In this document: one piece after another, positions 1-9,173 of the stretch
Layout of the letters: every line of letters begins with the position of its first letter
How positions within the stretch are numbered: position 1 is the stretch's first letter
Origin: Prorocentrum cordatum
Taxonomy: Eukaryota
Direction: 5' to 3'
DNA: 57,521 bases
NCBI GenBank assembly: GCA_963575745.1
Contig: CAUYUJ010000019.1
Span: forward strand, 62,001-119,521
Notes under the pieces: generated by a model
Told to the model about the DNA's origin: nothing
Seen by the model: only the letters and a program-made list of their open reading frames with translations
Databases searched by the model: none
Position numbers and translations under genes: made by a program

Positions 1-282
1 GCTACGACGCCAGCTCCGTGGCGTCGAACGGCGCGGAGGCGCGCTGGCCGGATCGGGCTCTGAGGGCGCTGGAAGTGCGGGTAGCCCCGCCTCCGCGCGC
101 CTCGAGCCCGAGGCGCAGTCAGAGCGCGTGGGACGTGCGGGTAGCTCCGCCTCCACGCAGCTCAAACCAGAGTGCGCGGGTAGCACCGTCACTCAGGAGC
201 CCAAGAACGAGCTCGAGTCCGAGACCGAGCCCAAGACTAAGATTAGGAAGGTGTTCATCGATTGGAACGACCTTTAGGAAAC

Positions 283-1932
283 ATGGAGCAGCTACAGCAA
301 CAAAACCAACAGCTTACCGCACAACTACAACAGCAAGCAGCAACGATGCAGCATATGCAGCAGCAGATGACTGAGATGCAGGTCCAGCTGAAGTCCACGA
401 CCGCGGCTTCGTCCAGGGACCCTCAGCCGACCCTCGCGGTGGACACCCGCGTGATCGGCAAGCCTAGGGAGTTCGACGGAGAGAAGGATTGGAAATATTG
501 GTCTATCGTCATGCGGTCGTATGCCGCATGCTGCCACGAGCAGCTTGGGACGTTGATGAGAACGGCGGAGCTCTCTGAGGACCGCGTGGACAACGTGCAC
601 CTTTCTCCAGCAGACCGTCAGTTCAGCACCCAGCTGTTCTACATGCTGGTGATGGTGTGCCGTGGCTCTGCCCTCACGCGGGTGGTCAACCAAGGCGCCA
701 CTGAGGGCCTCTTGGCGTGGGGGGCGCTCTGCCAGCACCACGAGCCGTCAAGTGCGGCTCGCCATGCCAGCTTACTTTTGGACCTCTTATCCTTCAACTT
801 CGATGGTGACACCACTGCCAGGTTGGAACAGTTTGAGCGCGACGTCCACCGGTACGAGTTGTCATCTAGCTTGTTGCTCGACGACGCCATCAAGGTTGGC
901 ATCGTCCTCCGGCAGCTGCCAGACGGAGCATTGAAGCAGCACCTGGTCTTGAACATGGACCGGTTCGACACCTGGACGAAGATCCGCACTGAGATTGAGG
1001 CAGTGCGCCGGGCTCAGCAGGCTGCGAGCCATGGCGCTCGCCCGATGGACGTCGACACTCTGGCGCTGCTGAGGCAGGTCCCCGAGGACGAGCTGACGAC
1101 GCAGCTGGCCGCGATGGGGTTCCAGGTGAAGGGCAAGGGCAAGACAGGTGGAGGCAAGGGGAGAGACAAAGCTCCAACGACCAATTGCCCCATCTGCGAC
1201 AAGCCAGGCCACTGGAAGAAGGACTGCTGGTGCAACCCGGCCAACAAGGGGGCAGGGTCCGGCAAAGGAGCGCCACCTAAGGGCGGCAAGGGCAACGACG
1301 CGAAGGACAAGTCCAAGGCGAACAACACCAAGAAGACATGTTGGAAATGCGGTGAGACGGGCCACCTTCGAGAAGAGTGCAAGATACCAAAGAAGGTGCA
1401 CTCGATCGAAGTGGTCGTGGACGACCAGGGCGGATCCCTAGGACACCTCTTCCTGCTGCATTCGGCCGTGAACCTCGCGGGCGTCTCGTCCGAAAAGGGC
1501 CGCACGATGCGCGTTGGCATCGACTCCGGTGCTGCTGTGACGGCCGTGCCGGATTGTCACTGCAAAGGGTACCCGCTGTACAAGAATACGCCCGGCACCG
1601 GCAGGTCCTACGAGAGCGCCGCCGGGGAGAAGATCCTGGATCGAGGTGAGCGGCGTCTACTCTGTCGTGCGGACGGTCGTTTACGAGGACTGCGAGCGCG
1701 CGCATGCAAGGTGAAGAAGCCCTTGCTGAGCGTGTGCGACATGTGCAAGGCAGGACAGATGGTGGTCTTCGACTTTGACTCCAATGGCAACGACAGGAGC
1801 CATGCCATCCACAAGGCGACCGGCGAGAAGACCAACTTTCAGCTCAGGAACAGGGTGTGGGAGTTGGATCTGGAGGTCGTGCCGCACGACCAGGCAGAGA
1901 AGATCGCCACCAAGATCTTGGACGACCAGTAG
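283..1932 (+). CDS. gag: Gag + aspartic protease polyprotein of the copia element
   Basis: Two CX2CX4HX4C knuckles (CPICDKPGHWKKDC, CWKCGETGHLREEC) and protease motif VGIDSGA; first ATG at 283. TAG at 1930-1932 sits in CAG TAG CAG CAG and is probably a CAG>TAG mutation, since the frame otherwise runs to TAA at 1990-1992. Confidence 0.9.
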   Translation: MEQLQQQNQQLTAQLQQQAATMQHMQQQMTEMQVQLKSTTAASSRDPQPTLAVDTRVIGKPREFDGEKDWKYWSIVMRSYAACCHEQLGTLMRTAELSEDRVDNVHLSPADRQFSTQLFYMLVMVCRGSALTRVVNQGATEGLLAWGALCQHHEPSSAARHASLLLDLLSFNFDGDTTARLEQFERDVHRYELSSSLLLDDAIKVGIVLRQLPDGALKQHLVLNMDRFDTWTKIRTEIEAVRRAQQAASHGARPMDVDTLALLRQVPEDELTTQLAAMGFQVKGKGKTGGGKGRDKAPTTNCPICDKPGHWKKDCWCNPANKGAGSGKGAPPKGGKGNDAKDKSKANNTKKTCWKCGETGHLREECKIPKKVHSIEVVVDDQGGSLGHLFLLHSAVNLAGVSSEKGRTMRVGIDSGAAVTAVPDCHCKGYPLYKNTPGTGRSYESAAGEKILDRGERRLLCRADGRLRGLRARACKVKKPLLSVCDMCKAGQMVVFDFDSNGNDRSHAIHKATGEKTNFQLRNRVWELDLEVVPHDQAEKIATKILDDQ

Positions 1933-3446
1933 CAGCAGTCCAAGAAGTTGCAGGATTTGTGCCCTTTCGAGGGGCAGGTCCTGTGGCCGTAAGTCCAACT
2001 CCGACTCAGCCGCCCCGCGGGGCGGCAGGGCCCAGCGACGTGGAGGGCCCAAAGGAGGACAACTCGGAGAAGGACCAGTCGCTCGAGATGCACCCTGTCG
2101 ACGGCGACCCTGCAGTACCACAAGCTGCGCCTGGCCAGAGCCTTCCGGGGGGCCCGAATGTCCCAGGTGCGGCAGATGAGGCTCACGACATGGACGCCGA
2201 ACAGCCTACACTGCGACCTCGGCGGGCCCCGGCTGAACCTGCGCAGGCGGAGCGCGACGCGCACGAGTGCGCGGGCCGCATGCCGTGCCGCTCCTGGTGC
2301 CGAGCGTGCGTGGCTGGACGTGGGCGTGCTGACCGGCACCACCCTGTGCCAGGCGATCCTCGTGGAGTACCTGTCGTGGCGTGCGATTACGGCTACCTGG
2401 AGCGTCGTGAAGATTGTCCGCCAGGGGACAGCCCCTCCCCGATCCTTGTCACCAAGGACGGATCTAGTCCTGGAGCTGTCACGGCGGACGTGCCCCCATG
2501 CAAAGGGACTGGCGACCCCGCCTGTGTGCCTGCGCTGCTTAGTGCGTATGTTGCTGCCGGCCACCGCAAGTTCATCGCGAGGTCGGACGGTGAACCAGCG
2601 ATCGTGGACCTCAAGAGCCGGGCGGTGGCGACAGCACGAGCACGCCACAGCATGGACGTCATCCTCGAGGAGACTCCGGAGGGGGACTCGCAGGCGAACG
2701 GGCTGATCGAGAGCGCCGTCCGCGATGTGAAGGCGACGGCTCGCACGCTCCGATTCGCAGCTCAAGAGCTCCATGGGTCCAGCATCGAACCCAAGCATCC
2801 GATGCTCCCATGGCTCGTTCGTTTCGCTGGAGACGTCATCACTTGAGGACAGCGGGGTGCAGACGGCGTGACGCCGTGCCAGCGCCGCGCCGGCCGCGTG
2901 TACAGGCGAGCACTCCCGACCTTCAGTGAGAAGGTCTTGTACCTGCCAACGGGGAAGCACGACAGTAGGATCCAGGAGCGATGGAACAGCGGACTGTTCG
3001 TGGGCATCGTGGAGAGGAGCAACGAGCTCTTCATCGCCACACGCGACGGCGTCAAGAGGGCGAAGGCTGTCCGGCGGCTCACGGCTGCCGAGCGGGCCGA
3101 CGCGGACCTCCTGGCGAACATACGTGGGACGCCCTGGCAGCCGATCCCCAGCGTCGGCTTGGACGTCGTCCCGACCGTCATCTACGCTGACCCCGTCGTG
3201 GGCGAGGACGCGTTGCCACCAGGGCCGGCCCCTGGGCAGCCCGCCCCATCTGGGCGGCAGGTTTACATACATCGTCACGTGGATTTGCAGCTGCATGGCT
3301 TCACTGAAGGCTGTGCTGGATGCGACGCCGCGCGTGCGGGCACAGCCGCACGCCCCCACAGCGCAGCCTGCCGCAACATGATCGAGCAGGCCATGATGGC
3401 AGACGAGGCTGGACGCCTACGGATCACGGAGGCGTTTTTGAGACGT

Positions 3447-3740
3447 GGCGACGCCGTGGCTGCAGGTAGCCCTGCGACCGGCGACGCTGTGGCCGCGGGT
3501 AGCCCCGCGCCTGGCGACGCTGTGGCCGCGGGTAGCCCCGCGCCTGGCGGCACTGTTGTCGCGGGCAGCTCCGCGCCTAGTGCCCCGGCGGCTGCTGGCA
3601 TCCCAGCGCCCGTGGACCCGGCGGCTGCGGGTAGCCCCGCGCCGGAGGTCCCTATGGAGGCTTCCACTCCATCACCTACGGTCCTTGCAGCGGGTAACCC
3701 CGCGCAAGGGCGCCTGGAGGCTGCGGGAAGCTCCGCGCCT
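3447..3740 (+). repeat. 33-bp coding tandem repeat (GDAVAAGSPAP-like) in the Pol linker
   Basis: GC(G/A)GGTAGCCC(C/T)GC-like cores at 3462, 3495, 3528, 3561, 3627, 3690 and 3723. Confidence 0.9.
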
Positions 3741-3914
3741 CCGGGCATGGCCGTGCGCAGGCCAGCGGAAGTGCCGCTGGAGGGCGCATCACCGCCCAGG
3801 AGGGCGCGCCGGGGAGCTGACATGGAGATCGGCGGCGTGGATTTGACCAGTGAGTCGACGCACTTGCTGGGCGAGCTCTCTTCGGTGTTGTCTTCGTTTG
3901 GCGTGTGCTGGACA

Positions 3915-4565
3915 GGTGTTGCAGAGGTTTTCGGGCCAGGGCGGTTCACGAGCCGCTCGTCTGCTTTCGACCTCCCGCCTGGCACTGCCATGGACGTCCG
4001 TTCTGGATACGATTTCACACAGGCTGTCGAGCGAGAGCGGGCCCGCGAGACCAGACAGCGGGAGAGACCGGCGCTGCTCGTCGGCTCGCCTCCCAACGTA
4101 GCCCTTTCTGCCATGCAGGGCCTCGCTCCGGACAGCCAGGAGTGGAAGCAGAAACTTGCAGAGGGCCTCACTCATCTTGAATTCGTTTATGATCTGTACA
4201 AAGACCAAATGAAGGACGGCTTGTTCTTCTTGCACAAGCATTCGGCCTCTTCTGCAAGTTGGGACCTGTGGATGGTCCAGGAGATCGCTGGCATGGAGGG
4301 CGTGCACACCGTCCTTGGAGATCAGTGCCCCTATGGCCTTTGGTCTGTTGATCTGTACGGGCCGGCTTTCGTCCAGAAGGCTACCAGATGGCTTACCAAT
4401 TCTGCGGCCATCGCACGTGCCGTCGGCAGCCGGTGCACTAACCGAGACTGCCCGGACAACGCTCGGAAGCATAGGCACTGTCAGCTGATCGAAAACCCCA
4501 GGACTTGGAGGGGTAAAGAGCGCTACCCTCTCAAGCTCGTGACTGCGATACTCAAGGGATTGAGG
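3915..4565 (+). other. C5 cytosine DNA methyltransferase-like domain inside Pol, catalytic motifs degenerate
   Basis: Ordered motif-like segments: AEVFGPGRF (I-like), DVRSGYDF, LLVGSPPNV (IV, PPC expected), FFLHKHS (VI, E expected), DQCPYG..QKATRWLTN (VIII-like), YPLKLVTAI (X-like). Recognised by eye only. Confidence 0.6.
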
Positions 4566-6486
4566 GAGGAGCTGCACGCTAAGCACGTGTTGTTCTCATT
4601 TGAGGCGGGCGCTCACGTTGATGAGCCCGACGCCTGGGACATCCACCCGGAGTGGTACGGCCACGTCGTCGACGCCACGACTGGCGTGAAGTTGGACGCA
4701 GGTCTTGTGTCCAAGGCCCGCGGTGAGGAGATGGACTTCCTCAGCGGCCTGGGCGCGTACTCCTACGACACCGTCGACAGGTGCATCGAGGAGACGGGGC
4801 GCCGCCCCATACCCACCGGATGGGTTGATGTCAACAAGGGGCAGCCCGACGCACCTCAAGTGCGTAGCCGGCTCGTGGTGAAAGAAACGAGGTATCACAC
4901 GAACCTCGACACGAGCGGCGGCAGCAGCTTCAGCCAGACACCGCCCTACGAGGCGTTACGGATGCTGTGTAGCTGCCAGATGACAGTCGCCAGCCAGATG
5001 GAGGTAGACTACGTCATCATCTTCGTCGACATCACCCGTGCACATCCTCATTGTATGATTCGCCGTAAAGTCTGGGTGGTGTTGCCGCCAGAGGACCCCA
5101 AGGCGGCGGAACCTGGCGTATGTGGACTCCTTGAGCGGAGCCTGTACGGCCTCCGCGACGCCGGACAGTCGTTCGAGCTGCTCGTCCGCGAGACCATGGA
5201 GGCCCTCGGTTTCAAGACAGGCCTGTGGTGCGGCGTAGTGTTCTTCCACGAGCAGCGGCAGATCCAGGCGTACGTGTACGGTGATAACTTCGTAGCACGT
5301 GGGTCTCGTGCAGAGGTCCGCTGGTTCCACGAATCACTATCTGTTCACATGTCGGCCAAGGTGGAGGGCATTCTCGGCCCGGATCCATCGCGAGGCGACT
5401 CCCTGGAGGTCGTCTGCCTCAACCGGGTGTTCCGGTATGTCAGAGCAGCCGGAAACGAACCCGAGCGCATCGAGATCGAAGCGGATGCACGGCATGTGGA
5501 GATCTTGCTCCACCAGGCCGGCCTCTCTGCGGGGCGCACCGTGCCCCTCAGCACGCCGGGCGTTGCGGCGAAGGACGTGGACGTCGGGAAGCCGCTGGGC
5601 GCCGAGGCGGCGACGCTGTTCAGAAGCATGACGATGAGGGCGCAGTATCTCAGCGAGGACCGCCCTGACATTCGCTTTGCTTGCAAGGAGATTGCCCGCT
5701 TCATGGCGGAACCCTGCGAGCTGGGGGCGAAGATGCTCAAGAGGCTGTGTCGCTATCTTCTGGGAGTCCCACGACTCGTCCAGAGGATGGAGCGGCAGGA
5801 GTTGCCGACGTTCATGGACGGCATCTCGGATGCAGACTTCGCTGGCTGTTCAAGGACACGGAAGAGCACGAGCTGCCACGCGATCAAGATGGGCAACCAT
5901 ACGATACGCTTTGCGAGTGCCACGCAGAGCGTGATCGCACAGAGCAGCGGGGAGAGCGAGTGCTATTCCCTCGTGCGGTGCGCTTCGGCACTCATCGTCA
6001 TGGGCAACTTGATGCGCGACCTCGGGCGCGAGTTGCCCCTGCGCCTCCTGGGAGACGCAACCGCCGCGAGCGGCGTGGCTCGCAGGCGGGGCGCTGGGCA
6101 AGTACGTCACATCGAAGTTGGGACGTTGTGGCTCCAGCAGATCATCACTGAGAAGAAGATGGTCCTGGGCCGGAGGCCCGGCAAGGAAAACGAGGCAGAC
6201 CTCGGCACCAAGCACCTGGCTCAACGCGAGCTGTGGGAGTGCTTGGCCCGGCTTGGCTTCGTCGCCATGGGCGGCCGCTCAGAGAAGTCCCCGCGTGCCT
6301 CCATCGCGCACTTGGGCCTCAAGTTGGAGGCGGGGGCGAGCGGCGCCGAGGCTACGGCGGCGACGGCAGCAGCAGGCGCGCGCAGGTTGTGCGGGTAGCT
6401 CCGCCTTCGCTGCGTGCGGCCCGGCGGACGCAGGCAGACGGGAAGCCCTGAGTGCGCTGCTGGTGCACCCTCACGGCTTGGAGGGC

Positions 6487-6586
6487 TGATGAAGTATGCC
6501 TGCGTGCCGCGTGTATGCATAGACACTCCTTGACTATCCGTGGGCCCTGTTGGGCTCAAGTGCGATGCGAGCATAAAAGCTTGTCA
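6487..6586 (+). repeat. Candidate 3' LTR (~100 bp)
   Basis: TGA...TCA ends, short purine run GGAGGG just upstream, ATAAAA near the 3' end, and satellite sequence resumes at 6587. The 5' LTR is not available to confirm. Confidence 0.6.
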
Positions 6587-7100
6587 CTCGGGTTATCTCG
6601 ACAGGGACTGTCAGTTTTCTGTACAAAACTCGAGCTCTAGGCCAGCGAAAGAGCTGATACGCACCGAAACCGATGCATAATAAGCAGGCGCAATTGTCTG
6701 TTGCATCCAGAGGTCTGAACTCGGTCTGCTACTCGAGCTAGGTCCGCGAAACTATTTCTATCGTTCGGGTCATCTTGAGAGGTGCTGTCCGTTTTCGCAC
6801 GTAACTCGGGCTGTAGGAGAGCTACAGAGCTCATACGAACAGAAACTGATTTGGAATCACCAGGCCCGTTCGTCTGTTGCATCCAGAGGTCTGAACTGGG
6901 TCTGCTACTCGGGCTAGGCCGCAAAACTATTTGTATTCTTCGAGTAATCTTGACAGATGTTGTCCATTTTCTGTATTGAATTCGGGCTGTAGGAAAGCTA
7001 CAGAGCTGGTGCGCACAGAAACTGGTGCAGAAGCATTGAGAGCGTTCGTCTGTTGCATCGAGAGGTCTGAACTCTGCTACCCGAGCTAGGTTCACAAAAC
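6587..7100 (+). repeat. ~177-bp tandem repeat, about 3 copies
   Basis: TCTGTTGCATC(C/G)AGAGGTCTGAACT..CTGCTAC.CG.GCTAGG recurs at about 6696, 6873 and 7049. Confidence 0.9.
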
Positions 7101-7469
7101 TAGGCGCCGGCGGTAAACCGTCAACCTTTCTTACCGCCGGGGGACTCGTAGAGCTTCCTGACCATATATCATGTCCAAAGAGTTAGCAGAGAACGAATAG
7201 TTTTTCAGCCCGAGCGCTGATAGCAGACTGATCTCAGGCGTCTAGTGATATCCCATTGCTGTGCTGAACAGTTCTATAACTCATCTGCAGCGTGTAGAAA
7301 AAACATTAGAGAGAACATCGCAGAGTACGAATCCGTGTTTGCCGTCTGCGCTCACAACAGACCCAAACCAAGCGTCTAGATGCTTCGCGCCTCATGATGT
7401 CCTTCTGATTTTTCTGCCGAAGAGTTCAGTGAAGAAATTCACCACTATTTGGGAACATTGTCGGTCGAA

Positions 7470-8300
7470 TACGAATAGTTTTGTGAACCTAGCTCCCAGT
7501 GCTTCTGCATTAGTTTCTGTGCGTAGCTCTGTAGCTCTCCTACAGCCCGAATTCACTACAGAAAACGGACAACTTCTATCAAGATGACTCGAAGAATACA
7601 AATAGTTTTGCGGACCTAGCCCGAGGCAGACCCAGTTGAGACCTTTGGATGCAAGTGACGAACGTGCCCGATGACTCCGAATCAGTTTCTGTGCGTATGA
7701 GCTCTGTAGCCTTCCTAGAGCCCGAGTTACGTGCGAAAATGGACAGCACCTCTCAAGATGACTCGAATGATACGAATAGTTTCGCGGACCTAGCTCGAGT
7801 AGCAGACCGAGTTCAGACCTCTGGATGCAACAGACGAACGCGCCTGATTATTCTGCATCGGTTTCTGTGCGTATCAGCTTTGTAGCTCCCCTAGAGCTCG
7901 AGTTGAGTACAGAAAACCGACAGTCCCTGTCGAGATGACCCGAGCGATGCGAATAGTTTTGCGGACCTAGCTCAAGTAGCGGACCGATTTCAGACCTCTG
8001 CATGGAACAGGCGGACGCGCCTGATGTCTCCGAATCGGTTTATGCGATTACCAGCCTGTAGCACCTCTACAGCCCGAGTTAAGTACAGAAAACCGACAGC
8101 ACCTCTCAATGTGATTCGAACAATAAGAATAGTTTCGCGAACCTAGCTCGGGCAGCAGACCGAGTTCAGACCTCTCGTGTAACAGACGAACGCGCCTGAT
8201 GATTCTGAATCTGTTTCTGTAAGTATCATCTCTGTAGCTGTCCTATAGCTTGAGTTAAATACAAAAAAACGGTCAACGCGTATCAAGATGACTCGAAACA
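7470..8300 (-). repeat. Same ~177-bp tandem repeat, inverted, 4-5 copies
   Basis: AATAGTTT(T/C)GCG(G/A)ACCTAGC recurs at about 7601, 7776, 7952 and 8128 (reverse complement of the 6587-7100 unit). Confidence 0.9.
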
Positions 8301-8885
8301 GCCGATCCCGCCGGGCTGCCTTTTGGCAGTAATATCTACCCGATCGAGCTGAGATCAAGACGGCGAGCGGGAATAAGATTGAATATCACGGGAAAAAATA
8401 CTAGAGCTCTAACGAATGGTTGAAGTTCGAGAACAAAATTTTCAACCGATCAAAAGTCACCAAAAGGTCGGTCCGTCGAGATTTTTCTTGCCAACTAGCT
8501 CTCCAGCGGCCCGGAATTACTCTTAAGCTTCCAGCAACTAGCTAAGGGAAGCTCTACGAGCTACTATTCTTATTCGACCGACAGTTTTTTCCAAATGATG
8601 GTGAATTTCGTTGCTGAACTCGAGCTGCAGAGCAGCTCGAGAGCTCTACGGCCGAAAAATCAGAAGGACATCATGAGGCGCGAAGCATCTAGACGCAGAC
8701 GCCAAACACGGATTCGTACTCTGCTATGTTCTCCCTAATGGTATTTTCTACACGCTGCAGATGAGCTATAGAACTGTTCAGTACAGCAATGGGATATCAC
8801 TAGACGCCTGAGATCAGTCTGCTATCAGCGCTCGGGCTGAAAAACAATTCGTTCTCTGCTAATTCTTTGGACATAATATGTGTAA

Positions 8886-8944
8886 GGAAGCTCTACGAGT
8901 CCCCGGCGGTAAGAAAGGTTGACGGTTTACCGCCGGCGCCCAGT
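8886..8944 (+). repeat. Type copy of a dispersed ~58-bp hairpin end motif (Helitron/Helentron-like terminus)
   Basis: GGAAGCTCTACGAG-N3-CCGGCGGTAA-14-nt loop-TTACCGCCGG-CGCCCAGT. Other copies: 7101(-), 9136/12276 (split), 13245/14811 (split), 18422, 18684, 20202(+), 23300, 23587, 23926, 24260, 24786, 25172, 25636, 30043(-). Confidence 0.85.
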
Positions 8945-9173
8945 TCTTGGAAATGGTACTGTTTCCTTGGACTTACTCGTGCTGCAGATGAGCTACAAAG
9001 CTGTACAGCAATGGGAAGGGAATCATCAGGGGCAATGGCGAAATGTACCCTAGACGTCTGAGATGAGTCCGCTATCAGCGCTCGGGCTGAAAAATATTCG
9101 TTCTCTGCTAACTCTTTGGTCGTAATATATGGCAAGGAAGCTCTACGAGTCTCCCGGCGGTAAGAAAGGCTGA

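Larger units (their letters stand above)
1962..6398 (+). pseudogene. pol: Pol (integrase - DNMT-like insert - RT - RNase H), one in-frame stop at 2844-2846
   Basis: Integrase: HEC..MPCRSWCRAC zinc finger, VACDYGY, RSDGEPAI, SQANGLIE. RT: WVDVNKG, RSRLVVKE, FVDITRAH, SLYGLRDAG, YVYGDNF. RNase H: SDADFAG, SSGESE, LGDATAA, NEADLGTK. ORFs 1857-2846 and 2868-6398 share a frame, separated by a TGA that was probably CGA. Confidence 0.92.
1..6586 (+). mobile_element. Ty1/copia-type LTR retrotransposon, nearly complete (5' LTR outside window), with point lesions
   Basis: Domain order Gag-zinc knuckles-protease-integrase-RT-RNase H, with integrase before RT (copia order). Candidate 3' LTR at 6487-6586, after which the sequence switches abruptly to the 177-bp repeat. 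Confidence 0.95.
7100..8945. repeat. ~1.85-kb foldback with ~350-bp inverted arms (about 7100-7455 / 8590-8945), each ending in the hairpin end motif
   Basis: For example CAGCCCGAGCGCTGATAGCAGACTGATCTCAGGCGTCTAGTGATATCCCATTGCTGT (from 7206) is the exact reverse complement of the tract ending near 8839; similarity extends along both arms. Confidence 0.85.

Noticed and set aside
1..260. 5' LTR and primer-binding site of the copia element
   Set aside because: No match to 6487-6586 within the window; they probably lie upstream of position 1.
325..6574. Antisense and alternative-frame ORFs over the copia element (and likewise over the helicase)
   Set aside because: Shadow ORFs expected from GC-rich coding DNA; no motifs.
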